NCBI GenBank assembly: GCA_963775425.1
Contig: CAVZJB010000011.1
Span: 768,001-832,000, forward strand
DNA: 64,000 nt
Direction: 5' to 3'
DNA from: an uncultured delta proteobacterium
GTDB lineage: Bacteria; Myxococcota; UBA727; VGSZ01
The first letter of the stretch is position 1; each line of letters opens with the position of its first letter. Below, in pieces: positions 52,796-63,999 of the stretch. Made by a program: the position numbers and the translations under genes. The notes beneath the pieces are model-generated. The model had not been told where the DNA came from. It worked only from the letters and a program-made list of their open reading frames with translations, and did not search any database.

Positions 52796-54110
52796 GACGC
52801 ACCTCCGCCTTCAGCTCCGACAACGGAATGAAGGGAACGAACCGGAGAAAGAGGAGAAAGAGGAACGCGAAGAAGCACAGGGAGCCGGTGAAGAGCCCCG
52901 CGTCGATCCACGACGGCTTGAACGTGGCCCAGCTCGACGGCAGGTAGTCGCGCGACAACGAGCCCGCGATGATCACGAATCGCTCGAGCCACATGCCGAG
53001 GTTCACGACGAGGGACATCGCGAACAGGACCGCCGGCGAGCGGCGCAGCCGCTTGAACCACAGCACCTGCGGGGCGGCGACGTTGCAGGCGAACGTGAGC
53101 CAGAACCAGAAAGCGTACGGCCCTGCGGGGCGCAGGTGGAACGTGAACTCGCGCTCGATCTCGTCGCTGCTGTTCCACGCGAGGATGTGCTCGGCGGCGT
53201 ACGCGTACGCGAGCACCAGGCTCAGGAGGAGGATCATCTTCCCGAGCATCTCGAGGTGGCGCGTGGTGATGACGTCTTCGAGGCGGTAAACCCAGCGGAT
53301 GGGCACGATGAGCGTGCACAGCATCGCGAAACCCGAAAACAGCGCGCCCGCGACGAAATACGGCGGGAAGATCGTGGAGTGCCAGCCGTGGACGATGGCG
53401 ATGGCAAAGTCGAGCGACACCACGCTGTGCACGCTGACGACGAGCGGTGTCGCCAGCCCGCCGAGGAGGAGCGAGGTCTTCGCGTGCAGCTGCCATTGGC
53501 CGCTCGTGCCGCGCCAGCCGAGGGCGAAGAGGCCGTACACGCGGCGCCGAACGGCGCCGACGGCGTGGTCGCGCGCAGCCGCGAGGTCGGGGATGAGCCC
53601 GACGTACCAAAACAGGAGCGAGATGGTCCCATAGGTCGTGATGGCGCCGACGTCCCAGGTGAGCGAAGAGCGAAACTGCGGCCAGACGCCCATCTGCTCG
53701 GGATAGGGGATGAGCCAGTAGGCGAACCACGCCCGCCCCATGTGGAGGATCGGGAACAGCATCGCCTGCACCACGGCGAACAGCGTCATGGTCTCCGCCA
53801 GCCGGTTGATCGACGTGCGCCAGCGCTGTCGCAGCAGGAGGAGGATGGCGGAGATGAACGTCCCCGCGTGGCCGATTCCGATCCACCACACGAAGTTGGT
53901 GATGGCGAAGCACCACGCCACCGGGATGTTGTTGCCCCAGGTGCCGATGCCCGCGACGAGTGTGTAGAGCATCGCCGCGAAGAACATCAGCGTGCCCGCC
54001 CCGCTGATGACCATGAGCGGCAGGAGGCCCCGCGGCGGGTGCATGTTGAAGTCGACGATGCGCGTCGTGAGCGCGCCGAGCTCATGACGGCCGAGGATCA
54101 CGTCGCTCAT
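52788..54110 (-). CDS. actC: ActC, NrfD/PsrC-family quinol-binding subunit
   Basis: NFVWWIGIGHAGTFISA, WRTSINRLAE, HMGRAW, SVHSVVSLDF, GMWLERF. Confidence 0.95.
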   Translation of the reverse strand: MSDVILGRHELGALTTRIVDFNMHPPRGLLPLMVISGAGTLMFFAAMLYTLVAGIGTWGNNIPVAWCFAITNFVWWIGIGHAGTFISAILLLLRQRWRTSINRLAETMTLFAVVQAMLFPILHMGRAWFAYWLIPYPEQMGVWPQFRSSLTWDVGAITTYGTISLLFWYVGLIPDLAAARDHAVGAVRRRVYGLFALGWRGTSGQWQLHAKTSLLLGGLATPLVVSVHSVVSLDFAIAIVHGWHSTIFPPYFVAGALFSGFAMLCTLIVPIRWVYRLEDVITTRHLEMLGKMILLLSLVLAYAYAAEHILAWNSSDEIEREFTFHLRPAGPYAFWFWLTFACNVAAPQVLWFKRLRRSPAVLFAMSLVVNLGMWLERFVIIAGSLSRDYLPSSWATFKPSWIDAGLFTGSLCFFAFLFLLFLRFVPFIPLSELKAEVRRG

Positions 54111-57061
54111 CGGTCATCACCGCGGCGCACGCGCGCGAGGTAGCGCGTGCGCGGTCTGGTGTTTTCCTCCCCGAGCGCGGAGTAGGCCCTCCGATCGTCA
54201 CGGAGCGCGCTGACGCGCGAGCTCGGGTCGTCGATGCGACCGAAGGCGATGGCGTCGGTGGGGCAGGTCTGCGCGCACGCGGGCGTCACCTCGCCGTCCG
54301 CGATGTCGCGATGCTCGACGTCGGAGTCGATCACCGCCTTGCGAATGCGCTGCACGCAGTAGGTGCACTTCTCCATCACCCCGCGTGCGCGCACGGTGAC
54401 GTCGGGGTTCATGGCGAGCTTCTCGACCGGCGACTTGTCGCGGTTGAAGTTGTACCAGTTGAAACGCCGGACCTTGTAAGGGCAGTTGTTGGAGCAGAAC
54501 CGCGTGCCGACGCAGCGGTTGTAGATCATCTCGTTGAGGCCGTCGGCGCTGTGGACGGTGGCGTTGACGGGGCAGACGTATTCGCACGGCGCCGTCTCGC
54601 AGTGCTGGCAGAGCATGGGCTGGAAGATGGGCTTGGGGGACTCGACGTCGCCTTCGAAGTAGATGTCCAAACGCAGCCAATGCATCTCGCGGCGCAGGAG
54701 CACCCCATCGCGGCCGACCACCGGCACGTTGTTCTCGGCCATGCACGCGACCACGCAGGCGGAGCAGCCCGTGCAGCGGTCGAGGTCGATGCTCATCCCC
54801 CACTGCACGCCCCGTTGCCGCGGCGGCTCATACAGCGTCGTCAGCGTCGGCTTCTTCAGCGCGCGCGGCGGCTTCGCCGACGCGAGATCCCGCTGGCTCA
54901 CGGCGACGGCGACCTCGGACCGGACGCGGTGATGCGACTGGGTGCGCGCGAGCTCTCGGCGGGCGCCGCGCTTGTGCACGCCGACGGTGGCGCCGAGCTC
55001 GCCGAAGGACGCGAGGCGCCACGCAGAGAAACCCTTCCCGCGCGCGAGCGGTGCTTCCACCTGCCGGCCCCAACCGGTGTGCACGACGACGACGTCGTCT
55101 GCCACGCCGGGTTGAACGATGACGGGCGCGGCGAGGTGGGTGTCGTTGCGGACGAGATCGACGAGGTCGCCGTCGGTGACGTCGAGCGCCGCCGCCGTGC
55201 GTGGAGAGACCAGGGCCGCGTTTTCCCAGGTGAGCTTGGTGATCGGATCGGGCAGCTCGAGCAGCCAAGACACGTTGCACAGCTCGCCGGTGTGCATCCG
55301 CAGGTCGGTGCGAACGGAGAGCGCGAGGGTCTTCTCCGTCCCCGTTTCGCCTGCAGGCACCCGGCCGGCGGCGGGCGTGGCGGATGCGGAGGGGGTCGCG
55401 GTGCTGCCGGCGCCGGTGGCGATGCGCGCGAGGATTTCGGCGGCGCCCTGCGTGGATGCGTAGGGCGGCGTCGAGGTGCCGGGGAGGAAGCCGAGGCGCA
55501 GCGTGTCGTCGACGGCGGCGCCTTGTTCGCGGATGACGCGGCCCACGAGCTCGCGCGGATCGGAGACGTCGACGCCGGCGAAGCGTGCGAGGATCTCGGG
55601 GAGGCTCTGCGAGCCGTACAGCGGCTTCACGGCGGGTTGCACGATGGAGATCGTGCCGTCCAACGCGCGCGCGTCCCCCCAGCTCTCGAGCGTGTGCGCC
55701 AGCGGCAGGAACCATGACGACGAAGGCGCCGTCTCGTCGGCGAGCAGCGCTGCGTGGATGTGCTCACGCGGGCGACCGAGCAAGTGGGCGCGCGCGGGGA
55801 ACGCGTACGCGAGGTTGACGTCGAGGGTGGCGAGCACATCGACGGCGCCGGCTTCGAGGGCTTCGAACAGGAGGTCCGGGTCGTGCGTGGGCGCGCCGGC
55901 CTCGAGGACGGCGGGGCGAACCAGGCGCACCACGGGGCTGTGCCCGCGAAATGCGCCGAGTGCAGCGTGAATGGCGTGCGCGGCCGCGTGGACCTCGGGC
56001 GGTTGCCGGTCGCCGACGAGCACCACCCCGGGGCCGGCAGCGAGCGCGCGCGCGGCGGCGTCGACGAACGCGCGCTCGAGGTCGTCGACGTCCGCGGCGC
56101 CGGAGCCGCGAACAGCGCCCGCGTCGGCGCTGCCGTGGATGACGGCGCGCGCGAGCGCGCGCGCGATCAACGGGACGCGCGCAGGGGAGATGCGCACGCG
56201 GACGTCCGCGTTCATGAACGCCAGGCTGGCGCCGTCGTCGGCGGCGAACAGGCGCGCGTCGGCGTCGGTGCGACGCCGCGCGGCCCAGTCGTAGGCGAGG
56301 CGCACGCTGTCGGGCGCGTCGGTGAAGATGTCGGCGTCGAGGCACACCACGTGCCGCGCGGCGGAGAGGTCGGCCACGACGTCGAGGGCGCGACCGAACG
56401 CGCGATCGGCCCCGCGCCACGCGTTGGCCCTCGGCGCCGACGAGACGAAGTGCACGGATGCGCGCGGCATCTCGTCCCGCAAACGCTGGAGCAGGAACGC
56501 CACGCTCGGTGCGCTCGTGGGCGGCAACACCAGGTGGAGCCCCTCGCCTGCGCGCGCACGCAGGTCGTTGCGCAACAACGCGAACGCGTCGTGAAAGCCG
56601 GTAGGCGTGCCGGGCCGTTGACGCCTGCGCACCTCTTGGGCCCGCGCGGGGTCGTAGAGCTCGAGGATCAACGCCTGCTGCCACGCGCTCGCGCGCCCGA
56701 GGCTCATGGGGTGCCGCGGGTGACCTTCGATCTTGGTCGGCCGGCCCACGTGCGTCTCGACGAGGATGCCCGTCGCGTACCCGTCGCGAACGGCGCTGCT
56801 GGCGTAGAACGCCGGGATGCCCGGGTGCGTCTCCGGCGGCGCGTCGACGTACGGCATGATGTTTTCGAACGGCTGTCGCGCGCACGACGCGAGCGCGACG
56901 CTCGCGCCCATGAGCTCGAGCAGGTGCCGCCGCTTCAACGAGAACGGCTGCTCCGGCACCTCGTCGAGCGGTTCGTCATCGGCGCCGCCGAGGTACTCCT
57001 CGACGTCACGCCAGCGGAGCCTCTGCGACGCGGCGTCGAGCACCGTCTTCCAGCTCGTCAT
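54107..57061 (-). CDS. actB: ActB, molybdopterin-oxidoreductase-like plus Fe-S subunit
   Basis: Tat-like KRRHLL, GRPTKIEG, CTGCSACVVAC, CQHCETAPCEYVCP, CVGTRFCSNNCP, KCTYC. Confidence 0.93.
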   Translation of the reverse strand: MTSWKTVLDAASQRLRWRDVEEYLGGADDEPLDEVPEQPFSLKRRHLLELMGASVALASCARQPFENIMPYVDAPPETHPGIPAFYASSAVRDGYATGILVETHVGRPTKIEGHPRHPMSLGRASAWQQALILELYDPARAQEVRRRQRPGTPTGFHDAFALLRNDLRARAGEGLHLVLPPTSAPSVAFLLQRLRDEMPRASVHFVSSAPRANAWRGADRAFGRALDVVADLSAARHVVCLDADIFTDAPDSVRLAYDWAARRRTDADARLFAADDGASLAFMNADVRVRISPARVPLIARALARAVIHGSADAGAVRGSGAADVDDLERAFVDAAARALAAGPGVVLVGDRQPPEVHAAAHAIHAALGAFRGHSPVVRLVRPAVLEAGAPTHDPDLLFEALEAGAVDVLATLDVNLAYAFPARAHLLGRPREHIHAALLADETAPSSSWFLPLAHTLESWGDARALDGTISIVQPAVKPLYGSQSLPEILARFAGVDVSDPRELVGRVIREQGAAVDDTLRLGFLPGTSTPPYASTQGAAEILARIATGAGSTATPSASATPAAGRVPAGETGTEKTLALSVRTDLRMHTGELCNVSWLLELPDPITKLTWENAALVSPRTAAALDVTDGDLVDLVRNDTHLAAPVIVQPGVADDVVVVHTGWGRQVEAPLARGKGFSAWRLASFGELGATVGVHKRGARRELARTQSHHRVRSEVAVAVSQRDLASAKPPRALKKPTLTTLYEPPRQRGVQWGMSIDLDRCTGCSACVVACMAENNVPVVGRDGVLLRREMHWLRLDIYFEGDVESPKPIFQPMLCQHCETAPCEYVCPVNATVHSADGLNEMIYNRCVGTRFCSNNCPYKVRRFNWYNFNRDKSPVEKLAMNPDVTVRARGVMEKCTYCVQRIRKAVIDSDVEHRDIADGEVTPACAQTCPTDAIAFGRIDDPSSRVSALRDDRRAYSALGEENTRPRTRYLARVRRGDDR

Positions 57062-57699
57062 CGGTGGCACCCCACGCAGTCGGTGGTGGGGTGCGGCTTC
57101 AGCTCGCGCACCAACTGCGCCTCGGTGGCGGGGTCGGCTTGCCACTCCATGTCCGTGATGCGATCGAGCGGCCGGAGGTGCCCCTCCGGGTGCCGGTGGC
57201 AATCGAGGCACCAGTTCATAATGACGGGGTTCACCATCACCACCTGCGCCATGAGATCGACGCGGCCGTGGCACTCGACGCAGCCGACGCCGCGCCGTGT
57301 GTGCGCCTCGTGGTTGAAGAAGACGAAGTCGGGTGCGTCGTAGACGCGGACCCACGGGATGGGTTTCTTCCTCTCGAAGCTCTCGCGCACGGGCGCGAGG
57401 AGCTTGCTGTCGATCCAGATTTGCGCGTGACAGCCCATGCACACCGACGTCGCCGGCACGGAGGCGCGCGGGCCCTTCTCTGCTGTGTCGTGGCAGTAGA
57501 GGCAGTCGATGCCGTCGTCGCGCACGTGGTGCCGATGATCGAAGAGCACCGGTTGGATCACCTGCCGCTGATCCTCCGTGCACGACGGCGCGCGAATGAG
57601 GACGATGAGCAGCGTGGGGACGCCGATGATGCCGCCGCCGAAGGCGACGAGCGCGACGCGCAGCAGATCGTCCGACCACGATGGAAAGAGCGCCGGCAT
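57058..57699 (-). CDS. actA: ActA pentaheme cytochrome c
   Basis: Five CxxCH motifs (CLYCH, CMGCH, CVECH, CLDCH, CVGCH); QPVLFDH, FNHEAH. Confidence 0.95.
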   Translation of the reverse strand: MPALFPSWSDDLLRVALVAFGGGIIGVPTLLIVLIRAPSCTEDQRQVIQPVLFDHRHHVRDDGIDCLYCHDTAEKGPRASVPATSVCMGCHAQIWIDSKLLAPVRESFERKKPIPWVRVYDAPDFVFFNHEAHTRRGVGCVECHGRVDLMAQVVMVNPVIMNWCLDCHRHPEGHLRPLDRITDMEWQADPATEAQLVRELKPHPTTDCVGCHR

Positions 57700-58022
57700 T
57701 CGCGAGTTGTGATGCTCGGGCGCCTCGAGCGCAACTCGAGATCGCTCCATTCGTCGACAACGTTCGTGCATCTCGGAATGAACATGCGCGCGACGCTCGC
57801 GCACGTGAGGAGCGCCGCCCCGCCCTCGACTGAACGTTCGCTATGACGCGAGCGACTCGGCGTCGATGAGGGCGGCGCGAACATCGGTGAATCGCTCACG
57901 GAGCGCGGCGGAGTAACGAGATCGCCTCGAGCTCCCACACTCGAGCGACTGCGCGCGCCGCTGCAAAGGAACGGGACATGCAGCCGTCGTCGTCATGAAC
58001 ACATCTCATAAAGTCGTCGTCG

Positions 58023-58178
58023 TCTCACGGCGCCCACGGCGTGTTCGATGACAGGAGTCGCGCGCACAGCCTGCAGGTGTGGGCGAACCGCCGGCGCGGC
58101 TGGCTCGCAGCCGCCGGCGCCGCCGTGGCCGCGACCGTCGTCGCCGTGCGCGCCGTCCGCCGCTTGCGCGGACGTTGA
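58023..58178 (+). pseudogene. C-terminal remnant resembling an SDR oxidoreductase tail
   Basis: Own translation [37 protein letters not shown]...; in-frame stop upstream and no start codon ahead of this segment. Confidence 0.45.
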
Positions 58179-58187
58179 CCGCGCCCG

Positions 58188-58949
58188 CTATGCGCGCCGC
58201 TTGCGGGGCGCGCGCGTGTCGATCAGGAGACGAAGGAGCGCGTCCATCTCCTCCTGGTCGCGCAGGTACCATTCGGCCTCCGACGCCGCCGAGCGGCCCA
58301 CGCGGATGCACAGGAGGCGATCGGGTTTGTGCAGCGCGAAGACGTCCTCGTCGGTGACGTCGTCACCGATGTAGATGGCGCAGGCGGAGCCGCTCTTCTT
58401 GCGGAGCTTCTCGAGCGCGTCTCCCTTGTGCGGTGCGCGCGCGGGGACCGCGTTCACCACAGCCTTGCCGAGCACCACGCGCATCTCCGGCGCGACCCGG
58501 GAGAGCGCGCGGAGGATGCGCGCGAGCGCGTCCTTCTTGCGCCGCGCCTTGCGGTAGTGGATGGCGAGCGAGTAACGCTTGTTCTCGACGTCGACGCCCT
58601 GGACGGCGGCGAGCGCGCGCTCGAGGGCGGGGAGGACGGCGGCGACCTCGCGCTCGAAGCGCACCATCTTCGACCCCGACTCCGCCCCGTGGTTCCCCAC
58701 GACGCTCTGCACGCGCGCGCCGCGCACGCGGGCGGCGGCGTCGGCTGTGCTCCGCCCGGAGATGACGACGCACGGGTAGAGCGTGCAGACGCGGTTGAAC
58801 AAGCGCCGCGTGGGCGCCCGCATCCTGGCGGCGCCGCGCTCGGCCACGATGGGCGACAGCGTGCCGTCGAAGTCGAACGCGAGGAGGACGCGGGCGCGCG
58901 CGAAGTGGGTCACGGCGTCGATGCCCGCGGGGGACATGATGTACTTCAC
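58188..58949 (-). CDS. otsB: Trehalose-6-phosphate phosphatase
   Basis: AFDFDGTLSPIV, ISGR, GNHGAE, ENKRYSLAIHYR, HKGDAL, IGDDVTDEDVF. Confidence 0.93.
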   Translation of the reverse strand: MKYIMSPAGIDAVTHFARARVLLAFDFDGTLSPIVAERGAARMRAPTRRLFNRVCTLYPCVVISGRSTADAAARVRGARVQSVVGNHGAESGSKMVRFEREVAAVLPALERALAAVQGVDVENKRYSLAIHYRKARRKKDALARILRALSRVAPEMRVVLGKAVVNAVPARAPHKGDALEKLRKKSGSACAIYIGDDVTDEDVFALHKPDRLLCIRVGRSAASEAEWYLRDQEEMDALLRLLIDTRAPRKRRA

Positions 58950-59077
58950 GGACGCCGGGGTACACCGCGCGGCCGGCGGCTCCAACCGAATCACGCGCGA
59001 CGCCGGAGGCGAGGTGCGAGGTGCGAGCTGGGACCGCGGCTCGCCAGGCGCCGCGCGTCGACGCGCCCGTGGCAGGG

Positions 59078-59656
59078 TCAGCGTTGCGGCGCGAGGCGGC
59101 GGCGGATGGCGTCCACGACGCCGGCAGTGGCGTCCACTCCGGCGACGCCGCGCCGGTGCAGCGCCGTGATGTCGAAGCGTGCGAGCTCTCCGGCGTCGCT
59201 CGAGAGGCGGAGCTCGCCGAGCGGCGTGGCCGCGATGTCTGCGCCGCCCTCTGCGCCGCCGGTGAGCACGACGACGTCGACGTCGCCGCGCAGGAGCGCG
59301 CCGGCGGCGTCGCCCTCGATGATGGCGCGTTCGTAGGGAATGTCGAGCAACGCGCGCGCGAGGCCCTCGGGGAGAGAGACGCGGACGAGCCGCCCCTCGT
59401 TGCCGAGGCCCTCGTCGACGATGCGCATCGCTTCGCGCACGTGCGCGAGCAGCCGCCGCCCCTGGTCGTTCAGGACGAGGCGCGTGCCGGTCCGGTGAAA
59501 GAGCGGCGCGCCCACCGCCTTCTCGAGCAGCTTCAACGTTCGCGACAGCGCAGGCGGGCTGGTTCCGAGCAAGGCGGCCGCGCGCGGGAGGTGCTCGGTC
59601 TCGGCGACGGCGCGAAACGCCGGCAACCAGTTCCACAGGCTCGCCACGCGCTTCAT
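59078..59656 (-). CDS. LysR family regulator with a short substrate-binding domain
   Basis: FRAVAETEHLPRAAALLGTSPPALSRTLKLLEKAVGAPLFHR; only ~192 aa. Confidence 0.75.
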   Translation of the reverse strand: MKRVASLWNWLPAFRAVAETEHLPRAAALLGTSPPALSRTLKLLEKAVGAPLFHRTGTRLVLNDQGRRLLAHVREAMRIVDEGLGNEGRLVRVSLPEGLARALLDIPYERAIIEGDAAGALLRGDVDVVVLTGGAEGGADIAATPLGELRLSSDAGELARFDITALHRRGVAGVDATAGVVDAIRRRLAPQR

Positions 59657-59766
59657 CGGGGGACCGTTCTCGGATTTGGAATGCATCGTGAGAGTTTCCG
59701 ACATTGGTGATCCAGTGTCACATGCTTCGGCGGCCTCCCGTAGTGAGCGACACGGAGGTTGAGTTC

Positions 59767-60333
59767 ATGAAAGCTCGCAGTACCTTGATGTTCGCCGTCA
59801 CGCTGTCCTTGTCCGCAGCCGTCACCGCCCTCGTCGTCGCCGCCTGCGGCACGGCGGCCGCCGAGGGCGAGGGCGAGGGCGAAGGAGAGCAGACGCAGGC
59901 GCAACAGGCGCAGACGCCGCCCGAAGGAGACGCCAATCTGCAGACGTGGCTCGCCCAGGGCTTCTACAAGAATTGGACGTGCGAGAGCGCGCCCCATGAT
60001 GCGCGCTCGCCCTCGCCCCACGGGCGCAACCGCATCTGCAGCAACGACACCCTCGCGCTCGCCCAGCAGGCCCCGTGGCCCGTGGGCTCCGCCGCGGTGA
60101 AGGAGCTGTTCGACGACAACGACAACCAGGTCGGCGTCGCCGTCTATCGCAAGACCGCGGAGGGCACCGACGGCTCCAACTGGTACTGGTACGAAAAGAC
60201 CGACGGCGACGGCCTCGTCGCCGACGGCCACGGCGACACCGGGGTGCCGCTCACCGTCTGCGTCGACTGTCACTCGCACGCGAACGACTTCGTGTTCACC
60301 CAGGTGGGCGCGGGCGGCTGCGGCGGCGGGTGA
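59767..60333 (+). CDS. Cytochrome P460/c'-beta-like monoheme lipoprotein
   Basis: Lipobox [19 protein letters not shown]-terminal CVDCH..NDFVF. Confidence 0.65.
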   Translation: MKARSTLMFAVTLSLSAAVTALVVAACGTAAAEGEGEGEGEQTQAQQAQTPPEGDANLQTWLAQGFYKNWTCESAPHDARSPSPHGRNRICSNDTLALAQQAPWPVGSAAVKELFDDNDNQVGVAVYRKTAEGTDGSNWYWYEKTDGDGLVADGHGDTGVPLTVCVDCHSHANDFVFTQVGAGGCGGG

Positions 60334-60424
60334 CGCGTGCGGCGTCGGCCTGACGCGCTGCGCATCGCGCGTCAGGTCGCCCGGGTTTTCGTCCAGACGG
60401 CCGGTCCGCTGTAGACTGCCCGGC

Positions 60425-62239
60425 ATGGCGTATCTCCCCATCGAAGACCACGGCGTGATCGGCGACCTCCACACGGTGGCGCTCATCGGAACCAACGGCA
60501 GCATCGACTGGTGGTGCTATCCCCACTTCGACTCGCCCTCGGTCTTCGGGGCCATCCTCGACGACAAGAAGGGCGGCCACTTCCAGATCGAGCCGATGGA
60601 GAGCTGCAACAAGAAGCAGCTCTACGTCGCGGACACCAACGTTCTCATCACGCGCTTCCTTGCGTCCGACGGGGTGAGCGAGCTGACGGACTTCATGCCG
60701 GTCCGGGAGCGCAACGCCAAGGAGATCGCGCACAAGATCGTGCGCAAGGTCGACGTCGTGCGCGGCCGCATGAAGATGCGCATCACCTGCCGGCCCGCGT
60801 TCGACTACGCCCGCGTGGCGCACCAGACCACCATCACCCCCACGGGCGCGGTGTTCACCACGCCCAACCTGCGGCTCGGCCTGGCCACGTCGGCGCCGTT
60901 GGTCCTCGACGGCGACGGCGTCACCGCCGAGGTGGAGCTCACCGAGGGGACGACGCTGTGGTTCGAGCTCGAAGAGCTCCCCGCGTCCAAGCCTGCGCCG
61001 ACGGCGCAGGCGGCGGAGGCCCTGACCGAGGCCTACAACAACACCGTCCACTACTGGCGGCGCGCCCTCGCGGTCGGGCACTACGACGGCCGCTGGCGCG
61101 AGTGGGTGAACCGGTCGGCGCTCGTCTTGAAGCTGCTGCGCTTCGCCCCCACCGGCGCCATCGTCGCCGCGCCCACCACCAGCTTGCCGGAGCACATGGG
61201 CGGCGTGCGCAACTGGGACTACCGCTTCACCTGGATCCGTGACGCCAGCTTCACGCTCTACGGCCTGCTGCGGCTCGGTTTCGGCGAGGAGGCGCAGCAG
61301 TTCATGGACTGGCTGGGCGCGCGTTTGCGCGATCCGCACGAGGGCGCGAGCGGCGCGCCGATGCAGATCATGTACTCCATCCGCGGCGAGCAGAAGCTCG
61401 AGGAGGCCCAGCTCGATCACCTCGAGGGCTACAAGGGCAGCTCGCCCGTACGCATCGGCAACGGCGCGTACAGCCAGAAGCAGCTCGACGTCTACGGCGA
61501 GCTCATGGACGCGGTGTACCTCTACAACAAGTACGTGCAGCCCATCGGCTACGACCTGTGGCTCGCGCTGCGCCCGCTCGTCGACTACGTCTGCGATCAC
61601 TGGCACGAGCCCGACGAGGGCATCTGGGAGGTGCGCGGACCACAGCAGCACTTCGTCTACTCCAAGGTCATGTGCTGGGTGGCCATCGATCGCGCCTTGC
61701 GTCTCGCGGACAAGCGCAGCTTCCCCGCGCCGCGCACGCGTTGGTTGTCCGTGCGCGACACCATCTACGACGAGGTCATGACCAAGGGTTGGAGCCGCAA
61801 ACGCCACAGCTTCGTGCAGGCCTACGGCAGCGAAGCCCTCGACGCGTCGAACCTCATCATGCCGCTCGTGTTCTTCCTGTCGCCGACGGACCCGCGCATG
61901 CAGTCCACGCTCGACGCCACCATGAAGGAGCTCGTGAGCGACAGCCTCGTGCACCGCTACAAGATCGACGACACCGACGACGGCCTGCCCGGCAATGAGG
62001 GTACGTTCAGCATCTGCACCTTCTGGCTCGTCGAGGCGCTCACGCGCGCCGGCCGCGTCGAAGAGGCGCGGATGATCTTCGAGAAGATGCTCACGTACGC
62101 CAACCACCTCGGGCTGTACTCCGAGGAGATCGGCCGCACCGGCGAGGCGTTGGGGAACTTCCCGCAGGCGTTCACCCACCTCGCCTTGATCAGCGCGGCG
62201 TACAACCTGAACCGCGCGCTCGACAAACGGCATCGCTGA
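60425..62239 (+). CDS. Glycoside hydrolase family 15 (trehalase/glucoamylase-like)
   Basis: [53 protein letters not shown]. Confidence 0.95.
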   Translation: MAYLPIEDHGVIGDLHTVALIGTNGSIDWWCYPHFDSPSVFGAILDDKKGGHFQIEPMESCNKKQLYVADTNVLITRFLASDGVSELTDFMPVRERNAKEIAHKIVRKVDVVRGRMKMRITCRPAFDYARVAHQTTITPTGAVFTTPNLRLGLATSAPLVLDGDGVTAEVELTEGTTLWFELEELPASKPAPTAQAAEALTEAYNNTVHYWRRALAVGHYDGRWREWVNRSALVLKLLRFAPTGAIVAAPTTSLPEHMGGVRNWDYRFTWIRDASFTLYGLLRLGFGEEAQQFMDWLGARLRDPHEGASGAPMQIMYSIRGEQKLEEAQLDHLEGYKGSSPVRIGNGAYSQKQLDVYGELMDAVYLYNKYVQPIGYDLWLALRPLVDYVCDHWHEPDEGIWEVRGPQQHFVYSKVMCWVAIDRALRLADKRSFPAPRTRWLSVRDTIYDEVMTKGWSRKRHSFVQAYGSEALDASNLIMPLVFFLSPTDPRMQSTLDATMKELVSDSLVHRYKIDDTDDGLPGNEGTFSICTFWLVEALTRAGRVEEARMIFEKMLTYANHLGLYSEEIGRTGEALGNFPQAFTHLALISAAYNLNRALDKRHR

Positions 62240-62346
62240 CGTCGCCAAGCCGCTGACCCGCACGGGAGCCGTGCGCTCAAGCGATCGACGGTCGAGCGCG
62301 CGCGCGCGCTTGCCCGTGCGCGGAAGCTTTGGTACCGCACGATTCC

Positions 62347-63999
62347 ATGCCGACGCACCGCTGTTCCATTCTCTTCGTCGTCGTCGCCACCGCCGTCATC
62401 GCCGCCACCGGCGCTCGCGCGGACACACCACCTGACGCCGGGCCCGCGGGACAGGCGAGCGCCGCGTCCGAAAAAAAGAGCGGCCCCGCAAAGGGGGCGC
62501 CGGGGTCGCCGCGTGCGTCGCTGCAGCGCTTCTACAATCTCGGCCGCCGCGGCGACTTCAAGTCCGCGGGCGGCTTCCTCGAGCCCGCGCCCGAGCTCGG
62601 GGATCCGGCCACGCTCGCGCGCCGCCTGACCCTCGTGCTCGACCGCTACCTCGCCATCGACCTCTCCCGGGTCTCCGGCGCCGCCGCGTCCGGCACCACC
62701 GTCGACGTCGGCGTCATCCACCTCGACGGCGGGCTCAGCATCCCCATCCGCCTCGTTCGCACCGAGCGTGACGCAGGTGTTCGCTGGCTATTCTCGCGCG
62801 CCACCGTCGACGGCGTCGACGAGGCGTACGCCACGCTCCCGCACCGCTCCTTGCTCGAGCGGATGCCGGACGTGCTCTTGCGGGTCGGGCCGCGTGAGGC
62901 GCTCTGGTACCAGTGGCTGCTGCTCCCGCTCGTGATCCTTCTCTCGTTCGCCGTCGGTTGGGTGATCAGCAAGATCGCGCGCGCGGTGCTCAAGCGACTC
63001 ACCGTCGAGACGAGCACGCATTGGGACGACAACCTCGCCGAGCGTCTCGGGGGCCCCATCAACCTCGGCCTCACGGTGGCGTTCGCGTTCCTGTTCATCC
63101 CATGGTTGGACATGCCGGCGCGGGCGCAGTCGCTGGTGGAGAAGCCATTCACGGTCATCCTGTTGCTCGCGCTGTTCTGGGGGCTCGCGCGATCCGTCGA
63201 CGTCACCGTCGCCCACCTCGTGACCACGTGGGGATCCACGCGGCCGTCGTCGAAGGCGCTCCTGCCGCTCGGCGGGCGCATCACCAAGGTGGCGGTGGTG
63301 GCGGTGGGAGCGGTGACCATCGTGTCCTCGCTCGGCTATCCGGTGGCGAGCATCCTCGCCGGTCTCGGCATCGGCGGACTCGCCGTGGCGCTGGCGGCGC
63401 AGAAGACGTTCGAGAACCTCCTCGGGGCGTTCGCCATCGGCATCGATCAACCGTTTAGAGAGGGCGACTTCGTCCACATCGACGACTTCGTCGGTACCAT
63501 CGAGTCGATCGGCTTGCGCTCCACGCGCATCCGCACCCTCGACCGCACCTTGATCGCCATCCCCAACGGGCAGCTCGCGGAGAAGCGCCTCGAGTCATTC
63601 GCCGAGCGCGATCGCATTCGTCTCTTCGTCACGCTCGGCGTCCTCTACGAGACCTCGGCCACGCAGATGCGCGGCATCCTCGCCGACATCATCGCCACGC
63701 TGCGGGCGAACCCGAAGGTCTGGCCGGACGCCGTGATCGCGCGCTTCGCCGGGTTCGGCGCCTCGAGCCTCGACGTCGAGGTGATGTGCTGGTTCAACAC
63801 CACCGACTATGACGAGTTCTGCGCGCTGCGCACGGCCACGTTCCTCCAGTTCATGGAGGTGGTGGAGAAGCACGGCAGCGGGTTCGCGTTCCCCACGCGA
63901 ACGCTTCACTTCGGGTCGGGCGCGCCCTTCCCCGTGGTCTCCGCGGGGACGGCGTCGGGCTCCGGCGACGGCGTCGGCGCCTCGGCGAGCGCCGGCTGA
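62347..63999 (+). CDS. MscS family mechanosensitive channel with periplasmic N-domain
   Basis: GLGIGGLAVALAAQKTFENL, PFREGD, IGLRSTRIRT, IPNG, FAFPT. Confidence 0.93.
   Translation: MPTHRCSILFVVVATAVIAATGARADTPPDAGPAGQASAASEKKSGPAKGAPGSPRASLQRFYNLGRRGDFKSAGGFLEPAPELGDPATLARRLTLVLDRYLAIDLSRVSGAAASGTTVDVGVIHLDGGLSIPIRLVRTERDAGVRWLFSRATVDGVDEAYATLPHRSLLERMPDVLLRVGPREALWYQWLLLPLVILLSFAVGWVISKIARAVLKRLTVETSTHWDDNLAERLGGPINLGLTVAFAFLFIPWLDMPARAQSLVEKPFTVILLLALFWGLARSVDVTVAHLVTTWGSTRPSSKALLPLGGRITKVAVVAVGAVTIVSSLGYPVASILAGLGIGGLAVALAAQKTFENLLGAFAIGIDQPFREGDFVHIDDFVGTIESIGLRSTRIRTLDRTLIAIPNGQLAEKRLESFAERDRIRLFVTLGVLYETSATQMRGILADIIATLRANPKVWPDAVIARFAGFGASSLDVEVMCWFNTTDYDEFCALRTATFLQFMEVVEKHGSGFAFPTRTLHFGSGAPFPVVSAGTASGSGDGVGASASAG

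Noticed and set aside
57702-57738. Riboswitch-like hairpin before actA
   Set aside because: Imperfect GC-rich stem with no recognisable aptamer.
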